Positions 8,547 through 15,803 of a DNA stretch of 32,000 bases are shown piece after piece. Origin of the DNA: Pyrodictium abyssi (GTDB lineage Archaea > Thermoproteota > Thermoprotei_A > Sulfolobales > Pyrodictiaceae); NCBI RefSeq assembly GCF_036323395.1, contig NZ_AP028907.1:1710001-1742000 (forward strand). Direction: 5' to 3'. The notes below the pieces were generated by a model. That model made no database searches, was not told the DNA's origin, and was given only the letters and a program-made list of their open reading frames with translations. Positions within the stretch are counted from its first letter, which is position 1; the number at the start of each line of letters is the position of its first letter. A program made the translations under genes and the position numbers.

Positions 8547-9164
8547 GTGCTGCTGGGAGCCTTGGCTGAGGAGGGCTATGTGCTGCTGCTCGGCCCTGGT
8601 AGTCTGGGCGAGCTCCTGGGCCTAGACGCTGCGCTGGCAGAGCCGCTGGATCTCTACAATGCGGCGCGGGGGAGGACTAGGCGGGGGCTGGAGCTGCTGC
8701 GGGCTGCCCTGGAGAGGGGCGTTGTCCGGAGGGTCGTCTACCTTAGTGTTGACGGCGTTCTGCCGAGGCTGCTTGGGGGCGAGCACGTGCTGGATGTCTA
8801 CGGCTCTGCCTCTAGGATGCGCTGCACGCGCTGCGGCCGGAAGTGGTGGCTAGAGGAGGGCACCGTGTGCCCGGGCTGCGGGGCTCCGGGCCAGCGCGAC
8901 TACCAGGATGCGCCGCGGAGCCGGCTACTAGGCGAGGCAATATACGAGCTGACCACAGCGGGCACCGTGGCGGTCCACGGGCTCGGCGAGCCGCCGCTAG
9001 CGCTGGGGGCTGTGCTGGCCCTAGCGGCCTCCAGGTTTACACGTGTCGTCTTGCTCGAGCCGGTGCCCCAGCAGCTACGGGGGCTCGGGCTAGAGGAGCC
9101 GGGCAAAAACCTGGTAGAGCTTCTCGAGGAGCTGGCAGCGCTACAGAGTGGAGGGCCTAGCTAG
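8547..9164 (+). CDS. Sir2/sirtuin-fold protein with degenerate catalytic motifs (probable pseudoenzyme or decaying gene)
   Basis: Collinear with the sirtuin motifs but substituted: GAGIS becomes LLGPGSLG, TQNIDGLH becomes YLSVDGVL, the catalytic ELHGS becomes DVYGS, and GTS becomes HGLG. The Cys4 zinc ribbon CTRC...CPGC is retained. GTG start. Confidence 0.6.
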   Translation: MLLGALAEEGYVLLLGPGSLGELLGLDAALAEPLDLYNAARGRTRRGLELLRAALERGVVRRVVYLSVDGVLPRLLGGEHVLDVYGSASRMRCTRCGRKWWLEEGTVCPGCGAPGQRDYQDAPRSRLLGEAIYELTTAGTVAVHGLGEPPLALGAVLALAASRFTRVVLLEPVPQQLRGLGLEEPGKNLVELLEELAALQSGGPS

Positions 9165-10846
9165 CCGCTCTTTCTGCGAGCCATGTAGCCTAGCGCTATG
9201 AGCACAGCCGCGACCACCGTGAACCCTGCTGTGAGCGCTGCCGGGCTCATCCCGGCTGGCGTGGTGCTAGTCCTTGTCTCCTCTGGAGCGGCTGTAGGCG
9301 TGCCCGCGGTCTCTTCCCCGGTTATCGTGGTAGCTGTGCTAGCAGCTGTGGTTGTTGTGGTGCTGGCTTCGTGGGCGCTCGTTGTCGTGTTCCCGGGTAC
9401 CCGTTCTGTGGGCGTCTCGGCGGCTGTCTCCGTGGCGGTGTGTGTCCCAGTCTGCGCCATAGCCGTGGTGTTTGCCACTGTTGTGGCCTGCATGGCTGTT
9501 GATGTGGCTTCCTGCTTCCGGGCCGTCTCGGCTTCTCCCAGCTTTACCTCTAGGAGCTGCTCTGTGGAGCTGAGCTTGGCGACGTAGATGGGCGCCCCGG
9601 CGCTGCCTGGCATCCTGGTCGCGTTGGGCGCTTGTAGCGGCAGCTGCGACTCTAGCGTTATGTCTGCCTGCTGGACCCCTAGTGGTGGGAGCTGGAGCAG
9701 CTCGGCTACTACCCTTAGCGCGGCCTCCGCTGATTCTTCGGGGCTGGCTCCAGGCTTGTAGAAGCCTACCCCCTCTACCCTGTAGTGGAGTGTATCGTTC
9801 TCCTGCACTAGCTCTAGCGAGGCGTCACCAGCAACCGTTACAGCTATCCCTTCCTCGACTAGGCGTGCGCCTATGAGCAGCTGCTCTGAGCCGCCCCCGG
9901 TGATGCCAGCGAGTGACGCCATGAAGCCGCCGAACAGGTTGTAGGCGAGTACCCTCTCGACGTTCTCCCGCGGGCCGCTCAGCTCTATCACGCCTTTAGC
10001 ATCCACACGCATACCACTAGTCATGTCTACTACCAGCTCTAGCCTCTGGCTACGGTCCAGCACGGAGCCAAGCTCATCTATGCTGCGGGCAGCGCTACGC
10101 AGCCTATCCACCTCGTCTGGCTTAAGTACACCAGCCCTAGCCAGGCCGGAGAGCAGCTGCTCCCTGTACGCCCTAGCGTCGAACACTGCCACAAAGGACC
10201 CGTCCACAGAGAGAACATTGCCAGCCACGTCAACGCTCGCAGAGAGTGCATCCACCCGGATCATCGGCAATCCCAGGCTCTGGAGCAGCGCCGTAGCAGC
10301 AATAGGGTTGAGGAAACGCTTCAGGCTCTCAGCAGCACGCTCCGCCTCGCTAGCATTACCAGCCTCATAAACTATGGACAGGTTGCCCGCTATACGGTAG
10401 TACCCGGTACCAGCCTGGCTGAATACACCGCTGACATTCAGAACAAGCCCAGGAGCATCGATGCTCGCAGCCAGCGTACCATTGCCCCCCTGCTCCTTGA
10501 CAAGCAGCGTCATGGCTAGGGGCATCTGCCCGACACCAGTCTCTGCTAGTAGCGTCGAATTCGTAGCCACTACGTAGCTAGCATTACCCTCGGACACGTT
10601 ACCCGTGATATTGACGGTATCCTCCATATATGCTAGCCTCATACCAGCCCCAGGCTCCGTGCTCATAAGCGTAGCAATACTCATGTTGACCCATACAACA
10701 CCATTACTATCGACCAGCATGGATATGGACGACGTGTTGCCCGCTAAGGCCGTGTCCGCAGCACGTGCCGCCGGAGCAGCTGCAGCTAGTGCAAGAAGCA
10801 CGGCAGCAGCGAGCATCATGAGACCAAGCCATGTGTAGTTATACAT
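9161..10846 (-). CDS. Surface-anchored glycoprotein: signal peptide, ectodomain, Thr-rich stalk, C-terminal TM anchor
   Basis: N-terminal signal-like LGLMMLAAAVLLALAAAAPAARA. There are at least 12 N-x-S/T sequons. A Thr/Ala-rich low-complexity stalk of about 90 aa is followed by TM FTVVAAVLIALGYM and an RRKSG tail. A strong TATA (TTTTTATATTATTTT on the - strand) lies at about 10885-10900. Confidence 0.7.
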   Translation of the reverse strand: MYNYTWLGLMMLAAAVLLALAAAAPAARAADTALAGNTSSISMLVDSNGVVWVNMSIATLMSTEPGAGMRLAYMEDTVNITGNVSEGNASYVVATNSTLLAETGVGQMPLAMTLLVKEQGGNGTLAASIDAPGLVLNVSGVFSQAGTGYYRIAGNLSIVYEAGNASEAERAAESLKRFLNPIAATALLQSLGLPMIRVDALSASVDVAGNVLSVDGSFVAVFDARAYREQLLSGLARAGVLKPDEVDRLRSAARSIDELGSVLDRSQRLELVVDMTSGMRVDAKGVIELSGPRENVERVLAYNLFGGFMASLAGITGGGSEQLLIGARLVEEGIAVTVAGDASLELVQENDTLHYRVEGVGFYKPGASPEESAEAALRVVAELLQLPPLGVQQADITLESQLPLQAPNATRMPGSAGAPIYVAKLSSTEQLLEVKLGEAETARKQEATSTAMQATTVANTTAMAQTGTHTATETAAETPTERVPGNTTTSAHEASTTTTTAASTATTITGEETAGTPTAAPEETRTSTTPAGMSPAALTAGFTVVAAVLIALGYMARRKSG

Positions 10847-11072
10847 CCCTCACAGCACCAGGGTATAGCCCAGGACACACCCTCAAAATAATATAAAAAC
10901 ATATCCTAAGGGATGCATCCAAGCGTCCACCCCCGCCCCAGCTACCCGGGACAACACAACCCCAGGAAGACTACGACCGAGCACACCCTGGACAGAAGCA
11001 AGGCAAGACCAGCGAGTGGGATGGGGTGAGGGAAAAAGGTGTGATTTGTGGTGTGGGTTTGGGCTATAGGTG

Positions 11073-11681
11073 TTAGCTGACGCTTAGTACCTGTATGTTG
11101 AATATTAGCGGTAGGCTGTCGAATAGCATGCCTTCCTTAGCCTCGTAGTAGGCCTTAGCCTCTATCTTTGCGTTGCCATTGTCATCAAAGTCCTCGTTGT
11201 CTAGTATTATGACTGCGCTAGGCTTGTCTATGCTTATCACGGCCTTTATTTCCTGGACATCGCCAGCTACGCTCTTTAGCACTATCTGTAGGTAGTCGAA
11301 GTAGGGCTTTAGCTGCTCAGCGTTGGCAAGGGTCACCTTGATCTTTACTACGTCTACCTGGTCCCGAGCAGTCACGTTGAAGTAGCCCATGTCCTTGCTG
11401 CCCTGTGCGCCAGCAGCAGGGTCTATGTTGGTGTCGAGCTTGCTCACTACGTCTATTGGCTCTTTTACTGCCTGGGCCTCGCCGGTGGCGTAGAAGCTGC
11501 TGAGGGGGCTCTGGGTTGTGGCGAAGCCGGCTAGCAGGGCGAGGGCGGCAGCCGAGGCGATGATGCCAGCCAGAGCCAGAGCCGTGGGCCTCATAGCCAA
11601 CACACCCTTCTCCTCTTCTCTACGGCCCCCAGCGGGGCCGTGTATACACTGCTGTGTGCTAGATAGAAAACTGGCTCGCAT
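11073..11681 (-). CDS. Small secreted protein, beta-rich with an acidic loop; possible extracellular fibre/cannula-type subunit (speculative)
   Basis: Signal peptide MRPTALALAGIIASAAALALLAGFA begins at Met30 (11594). ATG 11681 would be near-leaderless relative to the TTTTATA box on the - strand at 11712-11718. The mature part (about 145 aa) shows alternating beta-strand patterns, one NVT sequon and the acidic loop DNEDFDDNGN. Confidence 0.7.
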   Translation of the reverse strand: MRASFLSSTQQCIHGPAGGRREEEKGVLAMRPTALALAGIIASAAALALLAGFATTQSPLSSFYATGEAQAVKEPIDVVSKLDTNIDPAAGAQGSKDMGYFNVTARDQVDVVKIKVTLANAEQLKPYFDYLQIVLKSVAGDVQEIKAVISIDKPSAVIILDNEDFDDNGNAKIEAKAYYEAKEGMLFDSLPLIFNIQVLSVS

Positions 11682-11844
11682 GAGGGTCTCTAGCTCCGAT
11701 GAAACATAATGTATAAAAGGAGGTTGCCTAGCTGATGTTGATGAACTTGCGGCGTCTACGTGTCTATGTTTTATGCCCGGCCCTTAGCTTAGTCAGTTTC
11801 AGTTAGGGGTTGGGATTGGACAGGCTGAGTTTCTTGGCTCAGAT

Positions 11845-12007
11845 GGCGGCGAGCCCCTATACTGTGCTGTGCTGGGCGGGCTGTGAGGAGTGAGCCCCGC
11901 GTATGCTCCCTTAGGCGGTCCCGCGGAGCCCCCCTTGCTGGGCTGTGAGGTGCTAGGGGTGGACCGAGCCTCTATACTAGACTTCCTGGGCGAGTATGGT
12001 GTGTAGC
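11845..12007 (+). repeat. Degenerate tandem array of four 34-42 nt units, each starting GAGCC(C/T)C
   Basis: Units start at 11851, 11892, 11926 and 11966. GAGCCCCTATACT (11851-11863) recurs as GAGCCTCTATACT (11966-11978). GGCTGTGAGG occurs at 11879-11888 and 11941-11950. There is no ORF of 60 aa or more across 11710-12012. Confidence 0.45.
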
Positions 12008-12129
12008 ATTATTTGATTGGTGGTGTCTCGTCTGTTTGGGTGATGAGGCCTGCATCGGGGGACCCGGGGGCTATGGGCTGCCCGGGGAGGCCCGGTGTCT
12101 TCCCTGCGGCTGACGGTTATGGGGCGGCT

Positions 12130-13044
12130 CTAGGCTATGGTTATGCGCCGTGGTGTCGCGCCTCCAGTATCCATGGTTGTGTTCTCGACACTGGCTGGTC
12201 TGCTCTGCTGGCATACTGGTGGAGTACGTAGGTCTTCCTCCTGAGCATGTTGAGCATGTATATTGTTCTGGCTGTCAGTCTCTATCGCGTCTATCACCTC
12301 GTCTACAGCCTCGTGTACAGTGGATGGCGTGTATACTACCACCTTCATGCCTGCTGTAGTGTTTGCTACGAGTGCTAGGTCTTTTAGCTCAGCGATTGTT
12401 GAGGGTATTGCTACTACTGCTTTAGCTCCGCCCAGTATGACTGCGAGTGCCGACACGGCTAGGCGTAGGAGGACCGAGGAGCGTGTACCAGCCACGTTCA
12501 CTACCACTGTTGTCCCGTTACGTGTAGCTGCTATGTCTACTGGTAGTACTAGGCCTCCACCTAGGGGTATCTGGGCCGTCACTGTGTAGCCGCGCAGCCT
12601 AAGCGCCTCTGCTACTAGGTCGCGGAGCATTTTCACGTACTCTGGCTCATCCCTGTGAACCAGGTCTTTTACGACGTCGAGTACAGCCTGGATCATTTTT
12701 CCTTGAGGCGTTATTGCGTAGATGTAGTGGTCTCTGAACCGTCTCTTCTCCACGAGGCCGCGGGGGACGAGGAATCGTTCGACGTACTCTTCGAAGCTGC
12801 GTGAGTTTATCTCGGCGAGCCTCATTATGGCTGTCTTGGTGCTTGGACCGTGCTCGTCTAGGACGCGTAGGATTGACGCTACTATGCCTACGCGGTCGCG
12901 CCGGCTTGCTACGCTACCTTTGCGTACGTATTTCATGGTGCTGTCTTCCCTCGCATCCTGGTCTATTTGCCCGGCTACAGCTCCCTGGGCGCCTTGGCCC
13001 GCATCGGGTGGATGTGGCAGCGAATACGATGAGTGCGGGAACAC
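12130..13044 (-). CDS. Archaeal winged-helix DNA-binding protein with a C-terminal alpha/beta domain (nuclease-fold-like, catalytic residues not evident)
   Basis: The likely start is ATG 12936 (MKYVRKG...). The N-terminus IVASILRVLDEHGPSTKTAIMRLAEINSRSFEEYVERFLVPRGLVEK...YAITPQGK is a typical archaeal wHTH. The C-terminal GYTVTAQIP...LPVDIAATRNGTTVVVNVAG resembles a PD-(D/E)xK strand pattern without the E-x-K. Confidence 0.7.
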   Translation of the reverse strand: MFPHSSYSLPHPPDAGQGAQGAVAGQIDQDAREDSTMKYVRKGSVASRRDRVGIVASILRVLDEHGPSTKTAIMRLAEINSRSFEEYVERFLVPRGLVEKRRFRDHYIYAITPQGKMIQAVLDVVKDLVHRDEPEYVKMLRDLVAEALRLRGYTVTAQIPLGGGLVLPVDIAATRNGTTVVVNVAGTRSSVLLRLAVSALAVILGGAKAVVAIPSTIAELKDLALVANTTAGMKVVVYTPSTVHEAVDEVIDAIETDSQNNIHAQHAQEEDLRTPPVCQQSRPASVENTTMDTGGATPRRITIA

Positions 13045-13344
13045 GATGATAGCGGATTGAGCTCATTTGGAATTCGGAAACGCCCGTTTACACCATGTCC
13101 TAGGTGGCTGGGGCGTTAGTGTCCTGGGAAAGATGTGGGTTCTGTAACATGCAATGTGGAATAACTTTTAATAACAAAATCCTACTAGCAGAAGCTTGTT
13201 GCAATATGTTGAACAGCTGTACGGTTAGACTACCTTTTCTACCGCGTGCATCCGTTAGGGGTATTTTAAACACTGCACGATGACGACGGCAGGGGAGATG
13301 TTTATTGACGCTGTGGAGGCGTGTAGCCGGGTACTGGGGCATCC

Positions 13345-14736
13345 ATGCCAGCAGGCATTGAGAGGCTTGCATCGGAGTACATTCAGGCGCGGATGTCCGC
13401 TACCCGCACCCCCGGGGTTAGTGTCTCGCTACAGCGGGATGGCGAGCCGCTTCTCCAGAGGGGCTATGGGTATCGCTGCCTTGAGAAGGGGCTGCCTGCC
13501 ACGGCTGAAACGGTCTACGGCATAGCGTCCATATCCAAGACTATAACCGCTGTCGCGGTTATGCAGCTCGTCGAGAAAGGACTGCTGAGCCTCGACGACC
13601 CAGCGGAGAAGTACCTACCCATAGAGCTGCGCGTCCGGAGCGAGCCGGTCCGCATCTGGCACCTGCTGAGCCACACGAGCGGTATACCGGCGCTCGGCTA
13701 CGCGGAGGCCCTAGTCACGGGCTACATGGGGCTCGGGGACGCCTGGCTCGCCTTCTCCGACCCCCGCGACGTGCTGGCATGGCTCGAAAGGGGTGCCCGT
13801 CACTGGGCCCTGGCCAGGCCTGGTGAGAGGTTCTTCTACCTCAACGAGGGCTACGTAGCGCTCGGCGTCATAGTGGAGCGGCTCTCTGGCCTACGCTTCG
13901 CCGAGTACGTGCGTAGGCACATAGCCGGGCCGCTCGGCATGAGGTCTACCACGTTCGACCACCAGGAGGCCTTCGCGTCGCCGCTGCTAGCCACGCCCTA
14001 CGACGCTTCGCAGCGCCCGCCTAGGCCGGCTAGGGTGCCCACGGGGATAGCTGCTGACGGCGGTGGCTGGAGCACCGTGGTGGACCTAGCGAGGCTCATG
14101 GCGGCGCTGGCTGGTAGCGGCAGGCTCGACGGCGTAGAGATACTCTCACGGAGCAGCGTGGAGGAGATGGAGCGGCCGCGTGCCGAGCTGCCAGCGCAGC
14201 TCTTCGGCGGCGACAGCTACGGGCTGGGCGTGCTCGTGTACCCTGGGTTCCCTGGCGGCAGGCTCGTTGGGCATAGTGGCTCCCTCATGGTCTACACCGG
14301 GTTTGCCGGCTACGTGAGGGAGAAAGGCGTCTCGGTGGCTGTCCTGGCTAACGCCGACCCCGGGGCGCCGCAGATAGCCATGAGCTTGGCCGCAGCCGCG
14401 GCTGGCGCCGACCCGTGGAGCCTACCGTTCAACGTGGCCGACCGCGTCCTGGGGCTCCTGGAGGGCGTCTACACCGGGTTCATGGGGACTGTCCGGGTGC
14501 GCGTGGAGAGGGTGGGTGATGCACTGCTACTGGAGAGCGTGGAGCCGCCGGGGCGGCGTGAGGTGCTCTTCCCGGAGCGGCTGGACCCTGTTGAGCCAGT
14601 GTTCCTTTCGGCCCGGGCGGGGAAGAGGCTACGCGTAGTGTTCCGTGTAGACGCTGAGAAGGGTGTCGTCGAGCTGCTCTACGACAGGTACCGGCTGGTC
14701 AAGGCCGTGGAGCCTGGGGGTGTCATAGCGGGTTGA
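13345..14736 (+). CDS. Serine hydrolase of the beta-lactamase / class C-PBP fold (esterase or D-aminopeptidase-like)
   Basis: S-x-x-K nucleophile motif ASISKT, Y-x-N motif YLNEGY and an H-x-G box VGHSGSL, in the family order. Confidence 0.85.
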   Translation: MPAGIERLASEYIQARMSATRTPGVSVSLQRDGEPLLQRGYGYRCLEKGLPATAETVYGIASISKTITAVAVMQLVEKGLLSLDDPAEKYLPIELRVRSEPVRIWHLLSHTSGIPALGYAEALVTGYMGLGDAWLAFSDPRDVLAWLERGARHWALARPGERFFYLNEGYVALGVIVERLSGLRFAEYVRRHIAGPLGMRSTTFDHQEAFASPLLATPYDASQRPPRPARVPTGIAADGGGWSTVVDLARLMAALAGSGRLDGVEILSRSSVEEMERPRAELPAQLFGGDSYGLGVLVYPGFPGGRLVGHSGSLMVYTGFAGYVREKGVSVAVLANADPGAPQIAMSLAAAAAGADPWSLPFNVADRVLGLLEGVYTGFMGTVRVRVERVGDALLLESVEPPGRREVLFPERLDPVEPVFLSARAGKRLRVVFRVDAEKGVVELLYDRYRLVKAVEPGGVIAG

Positions 14737-14981
14737 CGGGCCTAGCGGTCAATAGGAGGCGGCTGTGCCCGGTATGCGGCGAGCCCGGCCAGCTAGAGCT
14801 TAGGCTTGGCAGGCTCACTGTTTACGTGTGTAGCCGTGAGCACTTGGAGCTTGTCTCGAGGAATCCTGGGCGCTACGTGGGGGCGCTTCCGGGGCCTATA
14901 GGGTTCCTGGAGCAGCATGTCTGCCCTGATACGGAGTACGACGAGGACGAGGATATAACGGTGTACCGTGTCGGGTGTTAA
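14733..14981 (+). CDS. Small TRASH/YHS-like metal-binding domain protein
   Basis: CPVCGE...TVYVCSREHLELVSRNPGRY resembles the YHS/TRASH pattern (CxxC...FCS...NPxxY). The TTG start overlaps the upstream stop (TTGA). The C-terminus is acidic. Confidence 0.5.
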   Translation: MTGLAVNRRRLCPVCGEPGQLELRLGRLTVYVCSREHLELVSRNPGRYVGALPGPIGFLEQHVCPDTEYDEDEDITVYRVGC

Positions 14982-15074
14982 AGTCCCGGGGGGTCCTGGC
15001 AGGCCTGGATGCATACCGGGGCGCCGCCCGGGGGCCTACCTGGCTCAGAGGCACTAGATGGGCGGTGACGCTCG

Positions 15075-15803
15075 ATGCTGAGGGTAGAAGACCTGGCTGT
15101 CGAGATCGGTGGAAGGAGGATACTCCAGGGTGTTAGCCTGGAGGCTGGCCCCGGAGAGCTGCACGTGGTGATGGGGCCGAACGGGGCTGGCAAGTCTACG
15201 CTGCTAAACACGATTATGGGTCTACGCCGCTACCGGGTGGTGAGCGGCCGTGTACTCCTCCAGGGCGAGGACATAACGGGTAGGCCCGTCTACGAGAGGG
15301 CCCGTATGGGCGTGGCTCTCGCCCACCAGTTTCCCCCGGCCCTCAAGGGGCTGACGCTACGCGAGCTCGTGTCGGCTATGGAGAGGGTCTATGGCAGCGC
15401 TCGTGACGTCGAGTGGGCCGCCGAGATACTAGACGTGGAGAAGTTCATGGACCGGCCGCTCTTCGCGGGTATGAGCGGTGGTGAGCGTAAGCGCGTAGAG
15501 CTTTACCTTACCGTTCTCCAGAGACCGAGAGTAGCGCTGCTAGACGAGCCAGATAGCGGTGTCGATATCGAGACCCTGGAGCGCATAGAGGAGCTACTGG
15601 TGGGGCTCCGGGAGAGGGGTGTACTAGTGCTGCTGGTGAGCCACACCATGTACATGCTCGAGAAGCTGGCGGATAGGGGAGCCATAGACCGTGTCCACGT
15701 GATGGTTGCTGGCCGTCTCGTGGCCTCGGGCCCCCCGGGCGAGGTGTTCAGGGAGCTGAGGAGGGCCGGGTTCCAGGGCATAGCGAGGGCACACGCGGGG
15801 TGA
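15075..15803 (+). CDS. sufC: Fe-S cluster assembly ATPase SufC
   Basis: Walker A GPNGAGKST, ABC signature MSGGERKR, Walker B LLDEPDSGVD and H-loop VSH. The length and the GEDITG...ERAR segment are typical of SufC. Confidence 0.9.
   Translation: MLRVEDLAVEIGGRRILQGVSLEAGPGELHVVMGPNGAGKSTLLNTIMGLRRYRVVSGRVLLQGEDITGRPVYERARMGVALAHQFPPALKGLTLRELVSAMERVYGSARDVEWAAEILDVEKFMDRPLFAGMSGGERKRVELYLTVLQRPRVALLDEPDSGVDIETLERIEELLVGLRERGVLVLLVSHTMYMLEKLADRGAIDRVHVMVAGRLVASGPPGEVFRELRRAGFQGIARAHAG

Noticed and set aside
11731-11830. C/D-box sRNA suggested by UGAUGA at 11739-11744, about 25 nt after the TATAAAA box
   Set aside because: There is no CUGA D box at the expected 50-60 nt distance (the first CUGA is at 11825-11828), and no recognisable C'/D' pair. 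The TATA box is better explained as the promoter of the - strand gene ending at 11681.
11845-12007. CRISPR array
   Set aside because: The repeat units are only loosely similar and differ in length, and there is no alternation of identical repeats with unique spacers. No cas genes lie in the window.
12013-12231. 72-aa + strand ORF downstream of the tandem array
   Set aside because: It is Gly/Trp/Ala-rich with no family resemblance, has a TTG start, and its 3' half overlaps the C-terminus of the wHTH gene. Codon usage is not genome-like.
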